Translations under genes and position numbers: made by a program
The notes under the pieces: generated by a model
The model's database searches: none
The model's input: the letters and a program-made list of their open reading frames with translations, nothing else
What the model was told of the DNA's origin: nothing
Shown: piece by piece, positions 1-9,161 of the stretch
Layout: each line of letters begins with the position of its first letter
How positions within the stretch are numbered: position 1 is the stretch's first letter
DNA from: Candidatus Abyssobacteria bacterium SURF_17
GTDB taxonomy: Bacteria; Abyssobacteria; SURF-5
NCBI GenBank assembly: GCA_003598055.1
Contig: QZKI01000026.1
Location: forward strand, 2,569 to 66,568
DNA length: 64,000 nt
Reading direction: 5' to 3'

Positions 1-1316
1 TCATCGGCATACCTATTGATAGCAGGCCTGGTTGCTTTTGCGCCCAAGTTCCATCGCCAGGCGCGTCTGATTCCCCATGTCAGAAGCTCCACAGCGGCAG
101 ACTCCTTCCACGAGCGTCGCTTACCCTTGTAGATTTCATCGCCCTCCACGTCTTTGGCGCGGTATGAGAGAAACATCTTCGGATGATCGATTCCGCTGGG
201 GCAGATCTCCTTGCATTTTCCGCAGAGCGTACAGGCTCGATACAAATCCTGAGTCTTGTCCAGACCCAGCAGGAGCGGATTCAAAACCTGCCCCATCGGA
301 CCGGAGTAGGCCCAGCCATAGGGATATCCCCCAATCTTCATGTAGACAGGACAACCGTACATGCATGCCCCGCAGCGAATGCAGCGTAGCGCTTCCCGTG
401 CCTGAATGTCGCCATAAAAACGTGAGCGACCGTTATCTATGACGATTATAAATAGCTCCTCAGGCCCGTCAATCTCATCGGCTTTCTTAGGACCGCTGTC
501 CATCGACACATATGCGGATATCTTCTGCGCAGTGCAGTTCCGGCAGAGCAGGCGCAATAGATGCATGGCGTCGTTCATCGTGGGAACGACCTTTTCAAGG
601 GTCATGAGCGAAACTTGGGTGCGGGGCGATGACTTCGCGAAACGGATGTTGCCCTCATTCTCAACGTTGATAATCGTGCCCGTCTCAGCGACGGCCATAT
701 TGACACCGGTTATGCCCATCTGAAGATGATGGAACTTGTCCCTCAAGAACGCTCTAGCCGCCGCGCCCAGTGCGACTGGGTCCGTCGTCGGCTCTCTCAT
801 GATGCCTCTCTCGAGGAATATTTTACAGATTTCGTCCACGGGTATGTTGATTGCCGGACCCACGATGTGAAACGGGGGACGCTCGAGCAGTTGCGCGATG
901 AATTCACCGAGGTCGGCCTCGAACACCTCGATTCCGTTTGCCTTGAGAACGTCATTGAGGCCGATCTCCTCGGTCACCATGGATTTCCCCTTCGTCACAT
1001 ACCGGATTCCGCGCTCCTTCGCGAGTCTCAAAACGATGTCGTTCGCTTCCTTCGAATCACGAGCCCAAAGAACAACGGCTCCATGAGCGGCCGCCTTCTT
1101 TTCGAATTCTTCGAGAAGTTCCGGCATCCGCATAATTGCTTCGGCTCGAATTGCTCTGCCGTAAGCCAGCGCAGCCGCCGGGTCTGAAAATGAACTCATC
1201 GCTTCTTCGCGTCTCGCGTCGATGATGGAAGAGATGTAATCGAGCAGGGCTCGTGTGCGAACGTTCTTCAGTTCTTGCTCGGCAACGTGAGTAAATTGCT
1301 CAGTCTTGACCTTCAT
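1..1316 (-). CDS. lutB: Lactate utilization protein B (LutB/YkgF, LUD domain plus 2x[4Fe-4S]); runs off the left edge
   Basis: Not in the ORF track; manual minus-strand translation from ATG at 1316 (overlaps the lutA stop, ATGA) gives MKVKTEQF...KGKSMVTEEIGLN...ADLGEFIAQL...AETGT...NEGN...CIRCGACMYGCP...CTLCGKCKEICP, the LutB signature. Confidence 0.9.
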   Translation of the reverse strand, partial: MKVKTEQFTHVAEQELKNVRTRALLDYISSIIDARREEAMSSFSDPAAALAYGRAIRAEAIMRMPELLEEFEKKAAAHGAVVLWARDSKEANDIVLRLAKERGIRYVTKGKSMVTEEIGLNDVLKANGIEVFEADLGEFIAQLLERPPFHIVGPAINIPVDEICKIFLERGIMREPTTDPVALGAAARAFLRDKFHHLQMGITGVNMAVAETGTIINVENEGNIRFAKSSPRTQVSLMTLEKVVPTMNDAMHLLRLLCRNCTAQKISAYVSMDSGPKKADEIDGPEELFIIVIDNGRSRFYGDIQAREALRCIRCGACMYGCPVYMKIGGYPYGWAYSGPMGQVLNPLLLGLDKTQDLYRACTLCGKCKEICPSGIDHPKMFLSYRAKDVEGDEIYKGKRRSWKESAAVELLTWGIRRAWRWNLGAKATRPAINRYAD

Positions 1317-2053
1317 GCTTCACCGTTCCTCAGTGCATTTGCGAGGAATGTGGCAAGATGTACAATCTTTTTTTCGGGATGATGCCGGCTCAGGTAGCCG
1401 CCGATATTCAAGAGACAGCCCGGGTCGCATGTCACCAGAATGTCGGCGCCGCTTGCAATGTAATGCTTGACCTTCTGCTTGACCATAGCTTCGGAGATTT
1501 CCGGGTAATCATTTGCGAACTCGCCTCCGAACCCGCAACACGCTGTCTCTCTCTCCATAGGAACGAGCTCTGTCCCTTTGACGGCTCTGATGAGCTTTCT
1601 CGGTTGGTCGGAAATACCGAGACCACGCAGGAGCTGGCACGACGGGTGATAGGCGACTCTGCTCTCCGAGACGGCGCCGACATTTTCCATTCCAAGGATA
1701 TCAACGAGATATTGTGAGAGCTCATATGTACGGGAAGCGAGCTGTTCCGCCCGACTCAGCCAGGATGGTTCGTCTTGCAGAAGCTCCGGATACCGATGTC
1801 GAACGGTATGAACGCACGAGCCGGAGGGGCTCACTATCGTATCGTCATTCTCGAAGACCTCAATGAAATGCTTTGCAGCTTTCTTGGCCTGCTTGACATA
1901 GCCGCTGTTGATTGCCGGTTGGCCGCAACAGGTCTGTTCTTTGTGGTACAGAGGTTGTAGCCCGATGTGACGAAGCAGCAGGAATGCTGCTTCTCCCACT
2001 TCGGGCAAGAAGAGGTCCACCAGACAGGGAATAAACACCGAGACTCTGCTCAT
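1313..2053 (-). CDS. lutA: Lactate utilization protein A (LutA/YkgE, cysteine-rich CCG-domain Fe-S protein)
   Basis: FIPCLVD, QTCCGQP, SGSC, YHPSC, CCGFGG, DPGCL motifs; coupled to lutB. Confidence 0.9.
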   Translation of the reverse strand: MSRVSVFIPCLVDLFLPEVGEAAFLLLRHIGLQPLYHKEQTCCGQPAINSGYVKQAKKAAKHFIEVFENDDTIVSPSGSCVHTVRHRYPELLQDEPSWLSRAEQLASRTYELSQYLVDILGMENVGAVSESRVAYHPSCQLLRGLGISDQPRKLIRAVKGTELVPMERETACCGFGGEFANDYPEISEAMVKQKVKHYIASGADILVTCDPGCLLNIGGYLSRHHPEKKIVHLATFLANALRNGEA

Positions 2054-2172
2054 GGCGCTTATCTTCTACCTCAGATATGAGACGCACAATCCTGGAGTAT
2101 GAGTGTTCCCGGGAATGAATTACAGGCTGTGCGAGCACTGAGAACAGGCCGTCGTCGAATATCGGTACTCTG

Positions 2173-2811
2173 TTACGCAATTCCCAAAAGCTGACGTGCC
2201 TTATCGACGCCCGACGCCGCATCAGGCGCGTAACCGTCTGCCCCGATCTCGTCCGCATATCGCTGTGTGATGGGCGCGCCGCCGACCATAATTTTGACCT
2301 TGCTCGTCAGACCGGCCTGATGAAGCGCTTCTATGACCATTTTGAGATGGGGCATCGTGGTTGACAGAAGCGCAGACATGCCTACAATCTGAACGCCTTC
2401 TTGTTTGGCCGCCTCAACAAACTTCTCCGTGGACACATCTATACCGAGGTCCAAGACTTCGAAGCCGGCTCCCCGAAGCATCATTCCCACAAGGTTCTTT
2501 CCGATATCGTGCAGGTCACCCTTTACGGTGCCGATCGCGATTTTTCCAACCGGCTTCGCGCCTGTCTCGACAAGCTTTGGCTGTAAGATGCTCAATCCCG
2601 CGTGCATCGCCCGGGCGGCAATCAACACCTCAGGAATGTACATCTCATTCTTCTTGAACTTCTCGCCAACGATGTCCATGCCCGCAATCAACCCGTCTGA
2701 GAGAATCCGGGCCGGCGAGAGTCCTTCATTCAACGCATCGCTGGTGAGCTTCTTGACCGTCTCCATGTCGCCTTTTTGCAAAGCTTCGGAAAGTTGCCTC
2801 AAGTCTGCCAT
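2173..2811 (-). CDS. Corrinoid (B12-binding) methyl-carrier protein, MtbC/MtaC/MetH-cap-like
   Basis: GTVKGDLHDIGKNLV (DxHxxG), SALL, VGGAP, GADGYA; start MADLRQ at 2811 behind AGGAGG RBS. Confidence 0.92.
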   Translation of the reverse strand: MADLRQLSEALQKGDMETVKKLTSDALNEGLSPARILSDGLIAGMDIVGEKFKKNEMYIPEVLIAARAMHAGLSILQPKLVETGAKPVGKIAIGTVKGDLHDIGKNLVGMMLRGAGFEVLDLGIDVSTEKFVEAAKQEGVQIVGMSALLSTTMPHLKMVIEALHQAGLTSKVKIMVGGAPITQRYADEIGADGYAPDAASGVDKARQLLGIA

Positions 2812-2880
2812 CTCTTTGTTCCTCCTGAAAAGCTTAGCCCAACATTTGTCGCCCTCATGGACGGTCCCCAACGAGTGCTT

Positions 2881-2907
2881 GGGGCGGAGCATGCTGCGCC
2901 CCATTAC
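2881..2907. repeat. Degenerate REP-like palindrome
   Basis: GGGGCGGAGCATGCTGCGCCCC-attac, near-identical to the element at 58978. Confidence 0.6.
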
Positions 2908-2984
2908 AGAAGCGTGCGTCAAAGCTCACGAACATATCTGTGACGATGCGCCAGTGCTTATTTGCAGAGTTTCGCGACATACCT

Positions 2985-3046
2985 GTAGGTGCGAATTTAT
3001 TTGCATTGGCCGTTTCATGCCTCCAGCCGAATGAATTCGGCCCTAC
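2985..3046. repeat. Inverted REP doublet (REPIN/BIME-like)
   Basis: GTAGGTGCGAATTTATTTGCA on + (2985-3005) and GTAGGGCCGAATTCATTCGGC on - (3046-3026), 20 nt apart. Confidence 0.7.
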
Positions 3047-3084
3047 AATATGGCGAAAATCTCCGCAACCATGCGCTGGAAATG

Positions 3085-3882
3085 TCATTGTTCCAGTTTG
3101 TGAGCCCGGAAAGCAGCCAGGTACTGAGAACAATATTCGTCTCTTCCCAAGACCGTTTTTGCCGCAATGAGGCTTGCCATCATCTGCTTGTCAAGCGGGT
3201 CGAGAATAACGGCGTCGAGCCCTGCACTCATTGCTGCAACGAGAAAGATGCGATTGAGCAATCTCCGTTCAGGCAGGCCGAACGAGATGTTGCTGAGGCC
3301 GCACACAGCGTGAACGCCCGGGTACCTGTTCCGCACCTCTTGAATCATCCGCAGGGCAACCACTCCTCCATCCTGGGCGGTGCTCACGGCCATGATAAGC
3401 GGGTCTATATAAATGTCATCCGCGGCGATTCCGTCACGAAGCAGTGTCTCCACCAGCTCGCAGCCTATTTCGAGCTTATTCTCGAATTCCGTTGGGATGC
3501 CGCCGTCGCCCATGCAGAGGGCAACAACCTTGCATTCATGTTCTTTGATGAGCGGAAGTACTGCTGCATAGGTATCCTTCTCGGCGCTGATGGAATTAAC
3601 CATCATTCCCTTGCCGCAGATTCGGAGGGCCTCCCGTATGACAACGGGGTCGGAACTGTCTATACAGAGAGGCGCATCAACCTCTGCCCGCAAAGTCTTT
3701 GCCATCCAAAGAAGGTATTCCATTTCCCTTTCGGCAAACGTGCCAGCATTGACATCGAGGAAATGCGCACCCGCCTGAAGCTGCGCCTCAGCCTCTGCCT
3801 TTATGAAGGTTGCGGCGAATTTTTCGGCAGCCTCCGCAGCTTGCTTACGACTTGTGTTGAGACGTTCTCCGATGATGAGCAT
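3085..3882 (-). CDS. Methyltetrahydrofolate:corrinoid methyltransferase (AcsE/MtvA-like pterin-binding TIM barrel)
   Basis: MLIIGERLN, LDVNAG, PLCIDS, NSIS, YIDPL, GLSNISFGLP, AGLDAVILDP; adjacent to the corrinoid protein gene. Confidence 0.9.
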   Translation of the reverse strand: MLIIGERLNTSRKQAAEAAEKFAATFIKAEAEAQLQAGAHFLDVNAGTFAEREMEYLLWMAKTLRAEVDAPLCIDSSDPVVIREALRICGKGMMVNSISAEKDTYAAVLPLIKEHECKVVALCMGDGGIPTEFENKLEIGCELVETLLRDGIAADDIYIDPLIMAVSTAQDGGVVALRMIQEVRNRYPGVHAVCGLSNISFGLPERRLLNRIFLVAAMSAGLDAVILDPLDKQMMASLIAAKTVLGRDEYCSQYLAAFRAHKLEQ

Positions 3883-3907
3883 AAGTCTTCTCCGCGATTG
3901 TTAGTAG

Positions 3908-3990
3908 ACATTAGCATATAGGCCGTCTCTTGTCAAGAAAAATCCGGCTGAAGAATTGTCTTGACACAAAAAATCGGGAAATGGTAGAAT
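3908..3990. promoter_or_regulatory. Back-to-back sigma70 promoters
   Basis: + strand TTGACA(3961)-18-TGG-TAGAAT(3985); - strand TTGACA(3936)-17-TAATGT with extended TG. Confidence 0.6.
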
Positions 3991-4043
3991 CCAGGGCACA
4001 CGAGAGGACTATAAATTAGCATTTACTAGTAAAGAGGTGGCGT

Positions 4044-4673
4044 ATGGCTTGCTCTGCACATGCCTCGAACAGCGAGAAAAAAGTCCCGAGAATGAAATCG
4101 GAAGAGCGAAGGGAACAGATTCTCGAGGCGGCCCTTCATGTGTTCGCTCGGGAAAACTACCACGGCGCAACCACCGCAAAGATAGCCGAGGCGGCAGGCA
4201 TTACGGAGCCCGTAATCTACCAGCATTTCAAGAGCAAACGAGACCTTTTCCTGGAGGTTCTGAAGAGGAGCCGAAAGGATATGATCGAGTGGAATACGAA
4301 GGTGCTTGCGAAGCATGACGACCCAATCGAGCGTTACCAGGGTTTCACGGATATGTTCAAGTATTATACCACACAGTTCAACCGTGATTCAGCGATGATG
4401 TGGGCGGTCGCCGCGACGGTCAACGACTCTGACATCAAGGCGGAAATACGTGACACCGACGACGCGGTTCTGGAGCAACTTACCAATAACATCAGGAATT
4501 CGATGGAAGAGGGCAAGATCAGCTCGCGCCACGCCCCCCAGGTGTTGGCGAGAATCATTCACGGCATCAACTCGCACCTGTCCTGGCTGATACTCGTCGG
4601 AGAGAGCCGTACGCAGGATTGGGTTTATGAGGACCTCAAGCGGTTCATTGCAGATGTGATGAGAAAGGACTAG
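4044..4673 (+). CDS. TetR/AcrR family transcriptional regulator
   Basis: N-terminal HTH ILEAALHVF...YHGATTAKIAEAAGITEPVIYQHFKSK; GAGGTG RBS. Confidence 0.92.
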   Translation: MACSAHASNSEKKVPRMKSEERREQILEAALHVFARENYHGATTAKIAEAAGITEPVIYQHFKSKRDLFLEVLKRSRKDMIEWNTKVLAKHDDPIERYQGFTDMFKYYTTQFNRDSAMMWAVAATVNDSDIKAEIRDTDDAVLEQLTNNIRNSMEEGKISSRHAPQVLARIIHGINSHLSWLILVGESRTQDWVYEDLKRFIADVMRKD

Positions 4674-4778
4674 CGAGTCTTTCTTCTGGCCGAAGGGAAT
4701 TGAGGCCTGGAAATATGCCCCCTGTCACGCGCATGTCGAACCAGTCCTTGCGGATATGAGAGAAAGGAATTCGATGAA

Positions 4779-6257
4779 ATGGCAAGAATAAAGGTTGACA
4801 TCGACCGAAGAATCGGAATCATCAACCCAAGCATCTACGGCGGATTCATCGAGCATCTGGGAAGATGCATTTACGGCGGAATTTATGACGAAAGCTCTCC
4901 TCTGTCCGACGAGCGCGGTTTCCGAAAGGACGTGTTAGGAGCACTCAAGGCTTTGCGGCTCCCAAACCTGCGATACCCGGGCGGAAACTTCGTTTCCGGG
5001 TATCACTGGCAGGACGGCGTCGGCCCAAAAGAAAAACGCCCGCGCAAGATGGAATTCGCCTGGCATACTGTGGAGTCAAATCGGTTTGGCACCGACGAAT
5101 TCATCGAGTATTGTAGATCGCTCGAGACGGAACCTTTTCTCTGTGTCAACTTGGGCAGCGGCACTCCGGAGGAGGCCGCGGCCTGGGTCGAGTACTGTAA
5201 CGGAACCGAAGATTCTCATTATGCCAACATGCGCAAAGCCAACGGATATCCCGAACCCCACAACGTCAAATACTGGGGCCTTGGAAACGAAATGGGGGGA
5301 TACTGGCAGATTTGCGCGAAGAACGCCGGGGACTATGCCAAAATCGCCGTCGAAGCCGCCAAGATGATGCGATGGGTGGACCCCACCATAAAGCTGATTG
5401 GATGTGGCTTCCTTGAACAAGTTGATCCCCCATCATGGAATCTCGAAGTCGTTGATAAGCTCGCCGGTTTCATGGACTACATTTCTCTCCATATTTACAC
5501 CGGAAACTCTGATTATTACACCAATGTAGCCGGCCCCGTGCGCGCGCAACGACTGATAGACGTCTTCAATGCAACCATTACCATCGCAATGGCGGGGAAA
5601 AAAGCGCCGCGGCCGGAAATCGCGATGGACGAATGGAACGTTTGGTACAAGACCTTCGGCAGCGAGTTGGAGGAGCAGTACGACTTGTCGGATGCGCTTA
5701 CCGTTGCCGGGTTTCTCAATGTGATGCATCGCAATTGCACAACGGTGACGCTGTCAAATCTGGCACAGATGGTGAATGTGATCGCGCCTATTTTTACAAG
5801 TCCGGAGGGGCTATTCCTTCAAACCATCTACCATCCATTCAAAGTGTACCGGGACCACTGCCACAGAATCGCACTCGACGCGTTCGTGGACTCGTCGAGC
5901 TATGAAACAAGGGTTGTGCACGAATGGAGCGGCGCCGGAAATGAATCTCCGATTGAGACAGTGCCTTATCTTGATGTCTCGGCCACACTAAATGAGCATG
6001 CCACGGAGCTGAGCCTGGCAGTGATAAACCGACACAAGGATGAACCCATCGAGACAGAAATACACCTTGGCGATTTTCAACCGAAACGAACGGCCCTTGT
6101 CTATGAGATAAACGGGTCACGGGTGGATGTCCAGAATTCGTTCTCGGAGCCCGATAATGTGACCACAACAGAAAAACGGTTCGAAAAAGCAGCAGGTGCG
6201 TTCAAATATCAATTCCCCGCCCATTCCATCACCCTTTTGAAGCTTGCGAGAGCTTGA
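4779..6257 (+). CDS. abfA: Alpha-L-arabinofuranosidase, GH51
   Basis: GGFIEHLGRCIYGG, RYPGGNF, LGNEM (acid/base), DEWNVW (nucleophile); no signal peptide. Confidence 0.92.
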   Translation: MARIKVDIDRRIGIINPSIYGGFIEHLGRCIYGGIYDESSPLSDERGFRKDVLGALKALRLPNLRYPGGNFVSGYHWQDGVGPKEKRPRKMEFAWHTVESNRFGTDEFIEYCRSLETEPFLCVNLGSGTPEEAAAWVEYCNGTEDSHYANMRKANGYPEPHNVKYWGLGNEMGGYWQICAKNAGDYAKIAVEAAKMMRWVDPTIKLIGCGFLEQVDPPSWNLEVVDKLAGFMDYISLHIYTGNSDYYTNVAGPVRAQRLIDVFNATITIAMAGKKAPRPEIAMDEWNVWYKTFGSELEEQYDLSDALTVAGFLNVMHRNCTTVTLSNLAQMVNVIAPIFTSPEGLFLQTIYHPFKVYRDHCHRIALDAFVDSSSYETRVVHEWSGAGNESPIETVPYLDVSATLNEHATELSLAVINRHKDEPIETEIHLGDFQPKRTALVYEINGSRVDVQNSFSEPDNVTTTEKRFEKAAGAFKYQFPAHSITLLKLARA

Positions 6258-6269
6258 GAACTCAAGAGA

Positions 6270-7265
6270 ATGGCGCCAGAGCGTCACATTGTAGTCATCG
6301 GCGGAATGAACATGGATTTGGTGTGCAAGGCCGCAGTTGCGCCACGCCCCGGTGAGACAGTTGTTGGTGAAAGCTTTTACAAAGGCCTCGGCGGCAAGGG
6401 AGCGAATCAGGCGATTATGGCGGCCCGCCTCGGTGCGCCTGTCAGTTTTGTCGGGCGGGTTGGCGACGATGAATTTGGGCGGGAAATGTTGGCCGCCATG
6501 CGGGCGAACGGCGTCAGCACAGACTACATGAGAGTGGTTGACGGCTGCTCAAGCGGGATTGCGCTTATCATTGTGGATGCTAAAGCGCAGAATCAGATCG
6601 TTGTCATTCCCGGAGCCAATGATAGATTGGAGCCAAAGGATATAACGGACGCCGAGGAACTCATCGCCAAATCGTCTCTGATGGTTACGCAGTTCGAGTC
6701 GCCTTTGGAAACGGTAGAGACCGCTATCAACGTTGCGGCAGAGCACGGCGTCCCGGTTATTCTCAATCCGGCGCCAGTCATAACGCAGAAAATTAGCCCG
6801 TCAACATTAAAGAAAGTACAGATGCTTGTGCCGAATGAAACGGAGGCCGAGGCGCTAACCGGAGTAAAGCAAGATGTCCCGGATTTTGCGATGGCCGCCG
6901 CGGGATCTCTCCGCGAAATCGGTGTCGAGAGAGTGATTGTCACGCTTGGAGACGTCGGAAGCGTAATTGCCGACCCGCAAACGTTGAAGCGAATACCGGC
7001 ATACAAGGTCACTCCGATAGACACAACTGCAGCGGGCGACGCCTTCGTAGGAGCGCTTGCGGCTGGATACTTCCTTTTCGATGAATTGGAAATGCTTGCG
7101 AGATTCGCATCCGCCGCGGGTGCGCTTGCCGTTACAAAAAAAGGCTCACAAGTATCACTGCCGTCTCGGCAGGACTTAGAAAGGTTTCTGTCCCAGCATG
7201 ATTCGGCATTGCTGTCCCATTTTCAACATAAGCCCTCCGACAACAACCACGACTACTCGCCGTGA
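6270..7265 (+). CDS. rbsK: Ribokinase / PfkB family sugar kinase
   Basis: GGKGANQA, NPAP, PNETEA, DTTAAGDAF. Confidence 0.85.
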   Translation: MAPERHIVVIGGMNMDLVCKAAVAPRPGETVVGESFYKGLGGKGANQAIMAARLGAPVSFVGRVGDDEFGREMLAAMRANGVSTDYMRVVDGCSSGIALIIVDAKAQNQIVVIPGANDRLEPKDITDAEELIAKSSLMVTQFESPLETVETAINVAAEHGVPVILNPAPVITQKISPSTLKKVQMLVPNETEAEALTGVKQDVPDFAMAAAGSLREIGVERVIVTLGDVGSVIADPQTLKRIPAYKVTPIDTTAAGDAFVGALAAGYFLFDELEMLARFASAAGALAVTKKGSQVSLPSRQDLERFLSQHDSALLSHFQHKPSDNNHDYSP

Positions 7266-7292
7266 GCGGCAATTAATGGGAGCGGTTTTCTT

Positions 7293-9122
7293 ATGAGTAA
7301 TTGGAAACCTGTTCCGGGACACATCATGACCAGATGGGCGACGAGGGTCGATCCGTCTGCTCCGTTGGCCGAGTATCCTAGGCCGCAGATGGTGCGTCCC
7401 GAGTGGAAGAATCTAAACGGTCTCTGGGAATATGCAGTCACGCCGAAAGAAGCGGCACTGCCGGAAACGTTCGAAGGCAGTATTCTGGTTCCATTTGCCA
7501 TTGAAACGGCATTGTCTGGCGTCAAACGGTCCCTGCAGCCGCATGAGAGATTGTGGTACCACCGCTCCTTTACGATTCCGCCCGGCTGGTCGAGCAAACG
7601 AATCTTGCTGCATTTTGAAGCTGTGGATTGGCATTGCATCTGCTCCGTGAATAGTAAAGAAATCGGGGAGCACACCGGAGGATATGTCCCCTTCTCTTTT
7701 GATATCACCAAATATCTGACAACGGGTGAGAACGAACTTGTAGTAGCTGTATGGGACCCCACTGATACGCACTGGCAGCAAAGAGGCAAACAAGTCCTCA
7801 ACCCGAAAGCTACTTATTACACGGCCACGAGTGGCATATGGCAGACAGTGTGGCTGGAACCAGTGCCCTTCGAGAATCATATCGAGTATCTGCGTCTCCA
7901 GCCCGACATTGACTCTGAATCCCTGCGGGCAACCATTTACGCGGTATCCGCCGGCAGAGCAAGAGTGACCGTTTATGCTGCAGAAAAACAGGTCAGCCGC
8001 ATAGAGGGTGATGTAGGTCAAGAGCTGCGCCCGCCGATACCTGCTCCCAGATTATGGTGTCCGCAGGATCCCTTCCTTTACGATTTGAAAGTCGAACTTT
8101 TGAAAGGGGAACAGGTCATAGACTCGGTCAAGAGTTATTTCGGCATGCGCAAGATATCCGTCGATACGGATGCATCCGGCCACAGGCGAGTTTTTCTCAA
8201 CAATAAGCCCATCTTCCTGCACGGTCCTCTTGACCAGGGTTATTGGCCCGATGGCGGGCTGACTCCGCCTTCAGACGAAGCCTTGATTTTTGATATAGAG
8301 AAGACCTTGCAGTTAGGATTCAACATGACCCGCAAGCATGTCAAAGTGGAGCCAAGGCGATGGTACTATCACGCTGACCGTCTGGGCCTGATTGTAATCC
8401 AGGACATGGTCTCCGGCGGAAAGGATAAGCAGAGCGAGAAAGAAAACGTTCTTACCGTACTATTCGACATACAACGGAAGGATACGGGCAAGAAGGCTCT
8501 CCGTAAGGCGTGGCGCGAAACCCCTGAATCACGCCAAGATTTCGAGCGGGAACTGGTCGAGATTATCAATCATCTGTATAATGCTCCCAGCATAGTTGCC
8601 TGGGTTCCGTTCAACGAATCCTGGGGCCAATACGAAGCCGCTCGAATGGCGAATCTTGTCAGGGCGCACGATCCCTTCCGACTGGTGGACCACGCCTCAG
8701 GCTGGCAGGACCAGAGGGCGGGCGACTTCTGCAGCCGGCACACATATGTCATCAAACTGAAGCCGCCTCCCAGGAAAGATGAGAGAATCTATTTCATTTC
8801 TGAGTATGGAGGGTACAACTGCCAGGAGCCGGGGCATCTGTGGAATAAGGAGAGCAAGTTCGGATACAGGATGTTCAAGGACAGGAGGACACTCGCCGAA
8901 GCCTTTGCCAAGCTGATACGCGCCCAGTTGATCCCCCTGATCCCCAAAGGACTGGGCGCCGCAGTCTATACGCAATTCAGTGACGTTGAGATTGAATCGA
9001 ACGGTTTTTTCACCTTTGACAGGGAAATTCTGAAGATTGACAAGGAGCAGACTGCTGCCCTCAACAAGGAGATATACACAGCCTTTGAGACAGTGGAGAA
9101 GCAGCATACGAACGGCACCTAG
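7293..9122 (+). CDS. Glycoside hydrolase family 2
   Basis: LLHFEAVDW, HTGGY, LDQGYWPDG, RKHVKVE, WVPFNESWGQ, SEYGG; no signal peptide. Confidence 0.88.
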   Translation: MSNWKPVPGHIMTRWATRVDPSAPLAEYPRPQMVRPEWKNLNGLWEYAVTPKEAALPETFEGSILVPFAIETALSGVKRSLQPHERLWYHRSFTIPPGWSSKRILLHFEAVDWHCICSVNSKEIGEHTGGYVPFSFDITKYLTTGENELVVAVWDPTDTHWQQRGKQVLNPKATYYTATSGIWQTVWLEPVPFENHIEYLRLQPDIDSESLRATIYAVSAGRARVTVYAAEKQVSRIEGDVGQELRPPIPAPRLWCPQDPFLYDLKVELLKGEQVIDSVKSYFGMRKISVDTDASGHRRVFLNNKPIFLHGPLDQGYWPDGGLTPPSDEALIFDIEKTLQLGFNMTRKHVKVEPRRWYYHADRLGLIVIQDMVSGGKDKQSEKENVLTVLFDIQRKDTGKKALRKAWRETPESRQDFERELVEIINHLYNAPSIVAWVPFNESWGQYEAARMANLVRAHDPFRLVDHASGWQDQRAGDFCSRHTYVIKLKPPPRKDERIYFISEYGGYNCQEPGHLWNKESKFGYRMFKDRRTLAEAFAKLIRAQLIPLIPKGLGAAVYTQFSDVEIESNGFFTFDREILKIDKEQTAALNKEIYTAFETVEKQHTNGT

Positions 9123-9161
9123 AGGATTCCCATCGGTGAATCCGGGAGAAGGAAGGAACCC

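Noticed and set aside
2812-3084. Cobalamin riboswitch near the corrinoid genes
   Set aside because: No B12-box or GGGAA...GCCACTG pattern; the structure is explained by REP elements
4779-9122. Alternative genetic code (stop reassignment) suggested by in-frame gene runs
   Set aside because: Conserved proteins end at expected lengths, TGG encodes Trp, and several ATGA/GTGA overlaps show TGA is a stop
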